From Eledone cirrhosa (lineage: Eukaryota): a stretch of 64,000 nt of DNA. Below the pieces are notes generated by a model, which ran no database searches, was not told the origin of the DNA, and was given only the letters and a program-made list of their open reading frames with translations. The position numbers and the translations under genes were made by a program. Location: positions 299,956,001 through 300,020,000 of the forward strand of contig OZ024740.1 of assembly GCA_964016885.1 (NCBI GenBank), given 5' to 3'. Of this stretch, positions 42,950-55,336 are shown in pieces (positions within the stretch are counted from its first letter, which is position 1; each line of letters opens with the position of its first letter).

Positions 42950-43830
42950 CAAGGAAACAATATACTTGGCTAAATTATGAGTCTGGCGTGCCGATCAAAT
43001 TGTTATCAAAGCAGGTGATTCGTTGAAAGAATTAATATGTGGGAAAAAGTGGAAGGTGTATTTTGTGTAGGAATGGATGAGGAACCACAAAGTAATATGC
43101 CGTCTAATAATGAAAGACGAAGCATTATCTTCAAGCATTTACGAAATGAAGAACAATTCAGGTGCATTCCTACTCAGCGGAGGTGGGTTTAGAAGGGTCG
43201 AACGACAATGAGACATCAATGTGTAAGTTCAGACACACAATCAGACAACTAATTTATTAGAGTTCTGTAAATTATCATCTTGGCAATTACCTTGCCAAAC
43301 GTGCTTTCAATGTAGATGAAATCGGGATTTCCCCGAAAAATAATGCCTTTCCTTATTTTTATTTCCAAGGATCACAAAAGATGTACTTGTACGAAATTTG
43401 GAACTGTTAATTTACACAACCACTTGGCAATAATGTCTCTGATTCATTTAATTTGATGCAAGGGTTCCATATTCATTCAGTAACCCCTATACTAATGAAA
43501 AAAGAAACATTATCGATAATTCTGCGAGTGATTTGAAAATTAAAGAAAAATGTTTAGGCGGCAATAAATATATTCATACATTAATTTTCATCATATCCTT
43601 GTCCAACGCTGTTTCCGGAAACAAAGAAAATCATTATTTGGGATAGATAACACATGAATCTCACTCTAAAATATGAAAGGCCGGTCTTGCATTTCTTATG
43701 AATCGTTTTGCTTAGCAACAAAACACAACATCATATCCTCAGCTCTGGATCAGTGTGCATTTAATAATGTCAAGGTGTACATTTGTCATTCGTTCAAACA
43801 GCTTGTTGAAGAAACTAGTCGTCAAGTTAG
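42950..43830 (+). pseudogene. Decayed pogo/Tigger-like DDE transposase remnant
   Basis: FNVDEIG..MP (~43305-43350, cf. FNxDETG); TTS..LDQ (~43725-43760, cf. NTTSxxQPLDQ); SxGW-like (~43175). Confidence 0.6.
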
Positions 43831-43874
43831 ATAATCTGATATAAATTTCTTGTATCGTGAAAGTTATAGATAAT

Positions 43875-44092
43875 GGTTTCTTATATAGGCACAAGGCCAG
43901 CAATTTTGGAGGAGGGGAAAGTCGATTAAATCGACCCCAGTGCGTAACTGGTACTTTATTCTATCGACCCCGTAAGGATGAAAGGCAAAGTTAACCTCGG
44001 CGGGATTTAAACTCAGACCATAAAGGGCCGTAAGACTATGCTGACAAAGCATGGCGTCCGACCCTCTACCGACACTACCAATCCACCGCCCT
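43875..44092 (-). mobile_element. tRNA-derived SINE (long variant)
   Basis: Family motifs with an extra ggggtcgatttaatcgac hairpin segment. Confidence 0.9.
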
Positions 44093-45041
44093 GTGAACGT
44101 TATAGATAATATTAATCTGCCAGAGTTAACGTTAGCGAGAGGTGAATGAGAAGAGTTGAAAGCGGCTATGGGCAGGCGCTTGAAACCACGAGCTGGAATT
44201 TTACAACCAGCAAATAACATTGATGTAAGCTATTGACGTGAGAATGTAAAATGTGAAAGTGAAAGATTCGGAGAGGTTATTAGACTCTTAGTTAAATATT
44301 AACTGCTGAAGATCTTCAGCAGAAGTCAGCGTGGAAACGTAGCCAAAATTAATTTTTTTAATCACTAATGTAAAGTTGAGATGAACGAAATATTCTTCGT
44401 CTTGAATTTTGTAGTGACTAAGTTATCAACTTATGTAAAAAATGGGCCTGTTTACTCATGATTACTCTGATTAAGAAAGAGAGACATTGCGGAAAAAAGG
44501 CAATGAATTTGTTCTTCAACTATTTTGTTCGCGAAGTCGTACAGCATTATGTGGATTCATTTAAAAGTAAACAATGAGCGAGAAAGAGGTAGAGCGTGTA
44601 GCCGATTACCAGATAAAACCTCGTGTGTCCTATTTCTCAATGCTGTATTTCAATTCAATTAACGTAGGCTATGCTTTTGTGATTCAATGTGATTAATTTA
44701 ACATGGTTCATAATTTCATTATGACATTACGTTTTAAATAATTAAACTTCGTTTCTAATTTTATTAGAATATGAGACATCACATTGTGTGATGTTATCTG
44801 CAATTAAATGTTTGGATGGTGCGGCAAATTCTTTTTAGTTTATTCACATACATGGTGAAGTCTAACTGTAACAAAACCCTGCGAAACTAATGCCTACATT
44901 ACAAAGGATCCGTTTAACAGTAGTTAGTTCAATTATTACTTTTAGGAACATCGTTATAGAGTTAAGCAAAGTATTACTGTATCCACACGCACGCGCCCAC
45001 ACACCCATATATATATATTTAAATATATATATATATATATA

Positions 45042-45730
45042 AAGAATTAGTATATCTACTAACATATATATACAGATACATACCTATGCCAGCAAATATA
45101 TAGGTTTTGTCTTAGTAAGTTTGTGGTTCAATGCATGGGATGCAGAACAATAATATGAAAGACGTAAAATAAGAAAATTATAAAAATTAACTTACTTACT
45201 AAAATTTCACTCCAACTAATTAGTTTCTGAAAGGGAATAAACATAGTTTCCGAAGAAACGTACGGAGAAACCTTTCATCATCAGGGAAGTCTATTCTCAG
45301 CTAAGTTTCCAGGCAATGCGTGGACACAGGGAACTTATACAAAAATAATTCAGTGGATGGAAAAAAGCAAAGCGTGGACTAAGTTCCAAGCCATTGAAAA
45401 AATCACTGCCTACTGCGTCGGTGGCAAATTCAAAAGAATCAATCACGTGACATCGAGGTTAATCAGTGAGGGGTGTTTTGTTAAGAAGACAGCAGCCGAA
45501 CCGTTACTATGAACTATAGTAGCAGTTTTGGCCAATTTTGCCTCGACAAAATAATTTGGAGATAATTATAAAGAATTAGTATATCTACTAACATATATAT
45601 ACAGATGCATGCCTATGCCAGTAAATATATAGGTTTTGTCTTAGTAACTTTGTGGTTCAATGCATGGGGATGCAGAACAATAATATGAAAGACGTAAAAT
45701 AAGAAAATTATAAAAATTAACTTACTAAAA
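45042..45730 (-). mobile_element. PLE pseudo-LTR module (family F), partial tandem (45042-45200 repeated at 45571-45730)
   Basis: Direct repeat plus HHR. Confidence 0.8.
45209..45290 (-). ncRNA. Hammerhead ribozyme with extended stem II (family F)
   Basis: UUCC-CUGAUGA-UGAAAGG..CCUUUCA-GAAA-CUAAUUAG-UU-GGAG. Confidence 0.8.
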
Positions 45731-46213
45731 TTATATATATATATCATTCACACACGGTAGTGTGTTAATAATATTCTTAAGGTCAACTTTTTCCCAACGA
45801 CATCCACTTCTAGCACTTGTCACTAATTCAGTTCCCAACCAAATTTGATCAGGTTTACTGCACTAGAATAGACTCATCCCACGCTATAGTTTGGTATAAG
45901 GAAATTCAAATTTGGATCAGTAGTAAAAAGGTTACGCTAAAATATGTGTGGTCAATTAGTGGTGGATAAGGCCCCTCATTGACTTTGACTCATCATAACC
46001 TTTTAAATTCCGAATATAATTTCATCCTACCTATCTCAGTAGATAGAACACGATAAGTTGAATCGAAATTTGTCAATATTGAAAAGATTGGTGCGATAGA
46101 AATCGAGTTGTGTGACTTTAAGTGACGAAATCAAATGAAGAGTAACGCTAAGGGACATAACTCTAGTATAAATCCATCGTAGCTGCACTAAGTAGTTTCC
46201 CTTAATTATAGTT

Positions 46214-47317
46214 ATTCACAAAAGGCTTGATGACATTTTTGGAGATCCCCCAAAATGGCTTATCCTTTTGGAAAAATGAATCTTCTTTTGTTTGCTGATT
46301 TGATGCAATTGCCACCTGTAAATGAAAAACCAGTATTTTCTAGAATTTCATCATATGATGCCAAAAGAACAGAAATTGGGATTAGTGGGCATTCATTGTG
46401 GACATACTTTCAATATCATGAGCTAACCATTAATATGAGACAAAAAGAAGACAAAGACAACTACGTTGATATTTTGGGAAGAATTAGGATTGGTTCCCCA
46501 ATAGATTCTGATATTAACATTCTTAAAAAATGATGCCTATTTCCTGATAGAAAAGCATCTGTTGAAGAAATTGCTAAAAAATTGATTGAATTGTATTCTA
46601 TTCCTGAATTAAAATTTTTATGCATTTTACCTTTGAATGAAGCTGTTGATGAGTTGACTAATGAAATGATTTAAAAATGCAACATAAATGTAATGAAACT
46701 TGCTGCAAAATATTCTGGTATGAGACAAGTAAATGGAAGAAAAAAGAAAAATGTTGAAAAAGGCAAAAACAAGAAAACTTCTGATACTGCTGCTAAATGT
46801 TGGAATTGGTGCAAGAGTGATGTTGAAACGAAACATTGATGTAGATCAAGGCTTATGCAATGGTGTTATTGGAACAGTTATTGAATTAATTGGGAATGGA
46901 AGCAATGTTGACAAAATTTTGGTGTCTTTTGATACCAAAAATGACAAACCCATTTTCATTGGAAGAGTTCAAGCAGACTATGAAATTTCTCCTGGTGTTT
47001 TTGCCACCAGAACACAATTTCCATTGTCTCTTGCTTACTCTATAACAATTCACAAATCACAAGGAATTTTTGTGGATGGAATAATTGCTGATTTAGGAAA
47101 TCAGATATTTTCTGATGGTCAAGCTTATGTGGCTCTTGCAAGAGCCAGAAAACTTTGCAATGTGGATCTCTGTGACTTTGATCCAAGATCATTGATCATG
47201 GTTGACAAATCTGCATGGCAAGAGTACAACAAACTACGGGCTAGTACTGGAAGAGCAGATTTGCCCCCATTGCCACCTTTCAGGCAAAAAGCATCCTTGC
47301 ATTGCAAATGTTTCTAG
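46214..47317 (+). pseudogene. PIF1-family (SF1B) helicase C-terminal half, Helitron-type, disrupted
   Basis: IHKRLDDIFG, PFG..LLLFADLMQLPPV, LTINMRQ, VGIGARVMLKRNID..GLCNG, QFPLSLAYSITIHKSQG, GQAYVALARAR. Confidence 0.92.
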
Positions 47318-48257
47318 CATGCCCAAGAAAAAAAATGAAAAGACTTAATTTGGAAGAAAATTCAAACCAACCTGCCAAAAAGAAGAAAAAAAATGAAAAC
47401 AGCCAAACTTTAATCCCTAAACATCAATTGATCAACCAAAGAAATGCTTGTTTTGCAAATTCAGTTGTGCAATCACTGAATCAATTGCCTGAATTTGTAG
47501 AGTATTTGCATAATGTTAACAACATGAATGAAGTACATCAAGAATTAAGCAATATCATTTGTAATAATCATAATAATGTCTCTAACTTCAGAAGAAGAAG
47601 AATTGGAGGAAGATTTCATGATGGAAATCAGCAATGTGCTCATGAATTTTGGAAAGAACTGTCTCTACATTTGGACTTGGTATTTAGAGAAAAACTTCAA
47701 TTTATTCAAACTGATCATACTAGATGCATCCGATTGCTTTAAATAACAATGTTTGCAATTGTAATTCAAGACCTGGATGTGGTATAGAATCTGAACTTCC
47801 ATTTCAAATAAAAGAGGATTTGATATTAAATCCTATTAATAACACACAACAATTTAAATCTCTACTTTCAACAACAAATACTTTGACTAAATACTGTGAT
47901 ATTTGTTCTGAAAATACTGAGCATCAAATAACTTCAAGAATTGAATTTACTAACGATTTCAAATATCTTGTCATCTCAATTAGTAGATTTTTCATTAATA
48001 ATGAAGGAAAACAAAGAATTAATTGTGATATTATGAACTTTAGCTCAAAGAAGCAGCAAATATATGGCACAAATTTCACATTAAAAGCTGCTATTCTTCA
48101 TGAAGGAGTATCATCTACGGGAGTCCATTATACTTGTCTGGTAAAAAGTGGTGCTGAAAATTGGGATGAAATTAGTGACAACATTATCTAAAAAAGGCAC
48201 AATAAATTTCCTCCTAAGTTACCTAATATGGTTGTATTGTTTATGGAAAAAATTTAG
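47302..48257 (+). pseudogene. Ubiquitin-specific protease (peptidase C19/USP) domain, disrupted
   Basis: Cys box LINQRNACFANSVVQSL; QQCAHEF (cf. QQDAHEF); CDIC zinc knuckle; YLVISISRF; His box LKAAILHEGVSSTGVHYTCLVK..W.EISD. Intronless. Confidence 0.85.
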
Positions 48258-48261
48258 ATTT

Positions 48262-48515
48262 TTGATTTTGGACTATTGATCTTGGACTACCAACTTATAA
48301 TTAGGAATAATGTCAATTCTGGACTATTTCATTTTGTTTTGGACTTGCTGATTATTTTGGACTAAATGCTGATTCTGGACTACTTAATTTTATTTTTGAC
48401 TACTTGCTGATTATTTTGGGCTAAATGCTGATTTTCGACTACATAATTTTATTGTGGACTAAATGCTAATTCTGGACTACTTAATTTTATTTTGGTCTAA
48501 CCGCTAATTATGGAC
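48262..48515 (+). repeat. Degenerate minisatellite (GGACT-containing ~15-20 bp units)
   Basis: Repeated tggacta/gctgattattttggactaaat units directly after the USP stop. Confidence 0.8.
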
Positions 48516-48920
48516 AAATTATTGTTGAATTTGAGCACACTGTTGATTGGCATTTTATTTATTTACTACTTAATTTTATTTATTTTTGACTCAGTTATTT
48601 TAATTGCTTGTTTTTCTAGCATCTTTAATAACTTCACTTGTTAAGTTAAACTCTAAATTGATCATTAGAGTATAGTCAATTATAGCTTTGTCTCTATGGG
48701 CACACCTGAAGGCTTGTAGTAAGGGTGTTCAGAAAAGGCAAATATCTCTATTGATTATATTCTACAAAATACCTTTTCAATTTTAATATTTTGAATTTTA
48801 TAGAAATATTGAAATGAAAAATTATGTTTTATTGATGAAAAAAGGATTGTAAATGCCTTAGCAAATGGTCAAGGTAATTTAAATAAAATAATTTGCTGCA
48901 ATGCCTTAAAAAAAGGGGGA

Positions 48921-50080
48921 TTAGACCGAAAAATGCGGGCGCATGTGTATTAATATTCTTAAATAATAATTGTTTCTACTTTTGGCACAAGGCCAGCAAT
49001 CCTTGAATAATAATAAACCTGGAAAAGTACAGGCCAAGTAGAATTAACTCTTAAAATATTGAAGATGGAATTTGAATTTAATGAATTAAATGTACAATAA
49101 TAAGCCTATGACATCACACTTAATCACAAGGAAGTGAAGGTTGTTAAGAAGGCATGGAACAGGACGTTTCGGTGCAGGCATTTCTGTGCCAGCGTTTCGG
49201 CACTGGCATGTGGAATGGTCATTCCTAGCTCTTTCATGGATAGATTTAGAATAATACAAGAATGACATAAAGACAACCAAGATCATTTTTTACTTTAATT
49301 ATTAATTAACTAATTAGAAACGATCTATAAATCCCATTGATTCATTAGGAATGGTCTAGTTAATCTTTGGTGCTAATCTCGAAAGGTTAGTCTCTGCTTT
49401 CCTCATAAGAAAGGAACAGTAATCCAGATTATCAATCAGAATGATATCGCATTTGATCACTTAATTTTCTTTTTGAAATACAGTTGACTATCGCTAATTG
49501 TCACTCAAAGGAACTGTAAAAATGACTGACAATTAGGGAGAGTCACAAAAAATAAAAGTTGGGCCAGAAATGGCGCTGACAATTAGGAGAGTTAACTGTA
49601 ATTCGATCTTGACAAATTTTGGCTTAACTTTTTTTAAAATGAATTTAGATTAATAATTTTAATATGATGACAATTTATGCAAAATTTAGCTCATTACTTT
49701 TTACTATTAATTTCAATTAATTTATAATGTCAATTTTTAAAGTAATACAGTATAATTAACCCACTAAAGGGAGAAAAAAGTGACAACTTAAATGGACTGA
49801 CAATTTATGTACAAAAGATTGATGACATTAATTGCATTTGGTTGGCAAAATTGTGATTGCTGACTTAGGTAAACTGATGACTTAATATCTAATAAATCCC
49901 CTAATTCATTATTATTTCTTATTATCTTTTGGCATTGCTAATTTTACTGTACATTGAATTCATCAAATTCAAATTCCAGCTTCAATATTTTAAGAGTTAT
50001 ATTCTACTTGTCCTGTACTTTTCCAGGTTTATTATTATTTAGGAATATTAATACACATGCGCCCGCATTTTTCGGTCTAG
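48921..50080. mobile_element. Paired inverted Helitron-like 3' termini (arms ~48921-49098 and ~49948-50080)
   Basis: ATGCGccCGCAT hairpin (50057-50068), then CTAG (50077-50080) followed by T. The mirror copy ends CTAA|T at 48921. Confidence 0.7.
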
Positions 50081-50107
50081 TACATATATATATATATATA
50101 TACACAC

Positions 50108-50138
<31 letters not shown>

Positions 50139-50207
50139 CATATATACATATATATACATATATATTTATATATTTACATATATATTTATATATTTACATA
50201 TATACCT

Positions 50208-50301
50208 AAAGAAAGGGTGGTAAGAAACCATGTGGGCCATAGTTCGGATCTAGCTGTCGAAACGTCGGAGCTCAGCCGTCGGGCTCCTGATCCTTTTCCT
50301 A
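50208..50301 (+). mobile_element. Diverged family C pseudo-LTR fragment
   Basis: CGGAUCUA-GCUGUC-GAAA-CG..gagcuca..CG-UC-GGG, ending ttcct(AT)n. Confidence 0.65.
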
Positions 50302-50849
50302 TATATATATATATAAGAAAACAAATAGAAAATGCAATTGGAGTCTTTAAATATTTGAATTTACAACATTATCGGTATCACAGTTGAGTGATTTTCAAAA
50401 TTTAAGTTAGATGAGGGATGTATGTGTATGCCGTGATGCATTTGACTAGTGGGAACATTTTCGTTTTCTGCAAAAGAAACGTGTCTCTGACTGCTATCTT
50501 TTTAATGTAAATTTGATTGGTTGTGGATGATCACGCGATTAGGTATAGGGTGTTTTTGTGTTTTTGATGTTACGCCAAAAATTGATGATCACTTCATTAG
50601 GAATAGAATTGTAGCAGTTTTTGCGTCGAAAATTGTGATTGTAACGGTTCAGAGAAAGTGGCTCTGTCTGCTATCTTTTTAACGTACAGTTTGATTGTGG
50701 ATGAGTACATGATTATGTAAAGAGTGTTGTAGTTATTGTTAAAAAAATGATGATCACCTCATTAGAAATAGAATTCGATTGTTTCTGCACCAGGAAGATC
50801 TTCTAGGAATGAGAATGCATGTTTAATTTGAAATAAATACACAGGATAT

Positions 50850-50950
50850 CAAGGATAAAACAACATTGTGGACATGACTTAAGCAAGGCGATTTGAAACC
50901 TGAAACTGAAAGCCTTATAGTTGTATTGCAATACCACACTCTTGCTGCCT
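50850..50950 (+). pseudogene. R4/Dong-like LINE fragment
   Basis: LWT*LKQGDLKPETESLIVVLQ..L resembles the WLxxGxLKxETExxIxAAQDQAL motif. Confidence 0.6.
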
Positions 50951-50994
50951 ATTCACGGAATTATAATAACTACAAACCTTCCGAAACCCCGATA

Positions 50995-51850
50995 CTAGGC
51001 AAAGCTAAACTCGGCGGGATTTCAACTCAGAGCGTAAAGGCCTGTAACTCTATGCCGCAAAGCATTTCGTCTGACGCTCCACCGATATGGCAACCCACTA
51101 ACCTAATTATAGAAATTGTAATAATAATTGTGTTTACTTTCAGGTCAGGCACAAGGCCAGCACTTTGAATGGAAAGGGAAAGTCGATTAAATCGACCCCA
51201 GTGCTTACTGGTAATTTATTGTATCGATCTCGTAAGAATGTAAGTCAAAGCTTAACACCGGCGGAATTTCAACTCTGTGCGTAAAGGGTTGTAACTGTAT
51301 GACACAAAGCATTTGGTGTGATGCTCTACCGATGCAGCCAATTCACTAACCTAATTATAACAATTGTAATAATAATTGTTTCTACGTTTGGCACAAGGCC
51401 AGCATTTATCCCAATGCATTACTGGTACTTTATTTTATCGACCCCGTAAGGATGAAAGGCAAAATTAACCTCGGCGGGATTTAAACTCAGATTAGAAAAG
51501 GGCGTAACTTTGTGCTGCAAAGCATAGCGTCTGACCCTCTACCGATACTGCCAATCCACCACCGTATAATAATAATTCTTTCTACTTTTGGCACAAAGCC
51601 AGCAATTATCCCAGAGCATTACTGGTAATTTATTTTATCGACCCCGTAATAGTAATAATAATTGTTTCTACTTTAGGCACAATGCCAGCAATTATCCCAG
51701 TGCATTACTGGTACTTTATTTTATCGACCCCGTAAGGATGAAAGGCAAAGTTAACCTCGGCGGGATTTGAACTCAGATCATAAAGGGACGTAGCTATGCT
51801 GGAAAGCATGGCGTCCGACCCTCTACCGATACTGCGATTCCGCCGCCCTA
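50995..51850 (-). mobile_element. Head-to-tail array of about 5 SINE copies or fragments
   Basis: Repeated family motifs separated by aataataattgtttcta spacers. Confidence 0.9.
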
Positions 51851-52129
51851 ATAGTAATAATAATGATATTAGTTCCATTAGCAAAATGGACAAGAATGTT
51901 ACACGTGCACGTGCGTGGGTGTACATGGTTCTTTGCAAAAGATTCTCGTTAATATTTATTCAGCGAGTCTGGACAAAGGTAATGAGGAAAGACTTCGAAT
52001 TAGGGGGACTTATTTGTTGCACATACGTCTAATTGCCCAGTATGTGGTCTCCTAATTTTTGCTGGGGCCTCGTGTTTTATGGCGATTACTTTTTATTGTG
52101 ATTCTTAGGGTGAGTTTCCTTTTTAACAT

Positions 52130-52815
52130 CCTTTACATTAAATGTAATTCATAAAAATATGAACAGTTAAATTGATATTTTACAAAAAAAAAATAGAGAA
52201 TAAAAAATATAAAAAGTAAAACATTTGTACTGATTTTAATTTATACAAGGTCATTTCAATGAGGTTAACGCATGCTCCACAATTAGAGCGACCACATATT
52301 TTGAATTTTGGTGTTAGGTTTTTGTTGTCTTTTGCTTTTGATTGTTTTATGTGTGTAAAGTGCATTTTTTACAAATGGGTCTTGTCTCAATAGAGGGAAA
52401 TTCTTGAGGATAATGATGTATGCTTCTGTATTTCTAGGGTTTGGTGTTGAGATCTGAATCTTTTTGCTTTTCGCAATTCTTGAATATCTGTTGCTTCGGT
52501 ACATTCTATTCGGTATATTATATTAATGATTATGAGTATTTTCTTCCGAGGAGAAATTATTTTTATATTTGGAGTCTTTTATTCAGCGTTTCATAATTTA
52601 TGGAATTTTAGTCTTCGTTTGATTTGAAGACTTGAGATAGTAAAAGGTATTGTTTAGAATCTGTTGGTTTGTGGTGGATGTCAGTTTAAATGTTTGTGTC
52701 TGTCTTATGATTAGAATATCCATGGATGGAAGCTGGTAATGACTATATTTCATTGTCGATTGGATATTATCACTGATGCTTTTATTAGTATATTTAACGA
52801 ATGCGTAAAAAGACA
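52130..52815 (-). pseudogene. Decayed PLE RT C-terminus and linker
   Basis: STMKYSHYQLPSMDILIIR (cf. FTME..LPFLDILI); CGRSNCGACVNLIE (CxxxxCxxC linker). Confidence 0.7.
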
Positions 52816-52970
52816 ACTAGAAATAGATTTACCCTCGAAGCGATTTATTTTTACTTACATTTTATATTTCAGATCCATTAACAACAGAGGGGATTTCCGA
52901 TGATAAAGAGTTGCGTCGACGAAAGGACAACACATGGCCTTCGTTGTTTACTTTGGGCGTATAACTGAAA

Positions 52971-53009
<39 letters not shown>

Positions 53010-53043
53010 TGGTTACACAACAGTTAGTACACCATACCGAGTA

Positions 53044-53083
53044 CCGAGAACAATTGTTTCACCTTAGCGGATCTTCAGCTCGG
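53044..53083 (-). ncRNA. Minimal hammerhead ribozyme (family E) in solo module 53008-53118
   Basis: CCGAG-CUGAAGA-uCCgcuaaGGu-GAAA-CAAUUG-UU-CUCGG. Confidence 0.78.
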
Positions 53084-53116
53084 AATAGGCATGGTTATAG
53101 AAACAGGAAGGACAAC

Positions 53117-53158
<42 letters not shown>

Positions 53159-54248
53159 GATTTCGTAATACGCTAGTTAGATTTTTAAATATATACATAT
53201 AACGATGGTGATGTTAATGTATCAGAATACAAAACTGGCCAGAAAATTGACCAGAATACAAGTCATGATGATGATAATTAAGACGATGAAGATGACGATA
53301 ATGAGGATGATGACGATTATGACGATGATTATAGAAATGATGTTGATGATAATGATGACAGCATAGAGCACAGTGAATGTGATCTTCAGGATAGTGATTT
53401 CTAGCATAGGTTCATTTAAAGGATGGGTGGAGTCCGATATATCAATCCCTGCACTTGACTAATACTTTAGTGTATGCTTTTTGTATGGCTTTCTAAAGTG
53501 TTATGTTTCATTAACATGCCTATGATGCCTTGAAAGTAAACATAAATAAAGAAATAAAGAGATGTTTAAAGAAATAGAGAAAAGGTGACGTCCGAACGTC
53601 TATACTCCACATTCAACTAACTTACCTTCCACTTATAAGGCCCTGCGACATTGCCTAGATGGACGCTGGAAAAGCCACTCAACCTCGCAGGCCTCGCATC
53701 TGTAGGCGTCCAATAGCACCCCAATAGCAGTGAACTGATAGGTATATGGTCCGGTGGCCATGAACGCCAGAAGTCTGCACAGCAACAGGCGCTACAAAAA
53801 ATCTATTAGAGACCCTCTGATCGTGGTCGAACTCGATATATTGTGATAGCAAAAGCGAACTTACTATAAAACTTAATCTTGGTTCATAAACACGCAAGCA
53901 CACACACGCGCGCATACATAGTAATGATGAAGTTCAATGCCGTTACAGTTGTTGCTGCCGCTTCTGAAAACGATGAGGTTAATTATCATTTGTATACGGA
54001 CTCTGTAGAGAGTTCGTTATAGTACATTTCCAGTGTAACACAGTTCTTCCAAGTGCATAACAACAAACACGTTATTTTATAGATAAAATGAGAAAGATTT
54101 CTTAAAGCCATGTTTTATTACAGAATTATATAACTGCTAATTAAAAATTTAATTAATGGAAACATTGAAATAAAGGTACTATGCAAGTTTACAGTATTCG
54201 AATGTATATCCGTCTCTGTAAGTTTGTCACACCCACACACACACACAT

Positions 54249-54311
<63 letters not shown>

Positions 54312-54862
54312 AACGCACAAACATACATACACACATGAACACAAACACAAACGCAAACGCACACAGCCACACAAACAAACGCACAAACGCTCACTAACAA
54401 ACAAACAGACATACCCGCATGCACACACCACAAACAAACGCACACATACACCCATACACACACCACACATACTCACACATACACATGTGTACAAAATCAA
54501 CCGATATTGCCTCGCCAAGTGCCGACACATGTCGAATTAATTGCGCTTGTCCTCACCAAATAAATGAAGCAAGAATCGCCCCGGCTCAATTTAACTAGTG
54601 AACGACAAAAAAGGAACAAAACCAAAGGGATACATTGAGAGCTAAATAGCATAACGGGGTTTCTGATGCGCTGTTTGTTTATTTCAGTTGCACTGTCAAG
54701 TGCATATTAAATAGTCAATTAAGTAAGTAGTCTTAGACAGGTTCATCTTCCCCAGCGATTGGTTGCCACACTTTTCAAACGCCCCTGCTATTTCCAGTAC
54801 TATTGACATTCTGTAGTACCAGTTTCTGCACAAGCAGTATAACATGATCCTAAGGAAGGAGT

Positions 54863-54946
<84 letters not shown>

Positions 54947-55091
54947 GAATTGGTGCTCTGAAATACCGATATATATATGAATGTATATATAGTGTATTTT
55001 GCAATACACTGTATGCTTAATTAAAAGCATTTCGAAGACCTTACGCTATTGTTTTAGAGTAGTGACAGTCTCACTTACTTTAAACTTTCAC

Positions 55092-55170
55092 CAAACAGGG
55101 GAGATAAAGCTGACAGAGCTCTGTTTCGTACTTTTTGGTACTTATCAAAGCTAAGTACTCCACCTGTTTG
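55092..55170 (-). ncRNA. Hammerhead ribozyme, U3-A8 core variant, GUC site
   Basis: CAAACAGGuGGAGua..AGCU-UUGAUAA-GUAC-caaaaa-GUAC-GAAA-CAGAGCUCUG-UC-AGCU..CUCC-CCUGUUUG. Confidence 0.85.
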
Positions 55171-55302
55171 CTGAAAATCATGAATGTTTGATTCTTATAG
55201 AATTCTAGTTATAATCAGGAACTGATTATACAGTGCGGTTGCCGGTCAAGCAGAAATTGAAAATGGGCATAATTAGGAAAACACACAAAATACACATGCA
55301 CA

Positions 55303-55336
<34 letters not shown>

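Noticed and set aside
46733-47317. Host PIF1 gene
   Set aside because: Intronless, 5'-truncated, with multiple stops and frameshifts; motifs and context fit a transposon helicase.
48262-48515. CRISPR-like array
   Set aside because: Degenerate tandem units without unique spacers, in a eukaryotic context with no cas genes.
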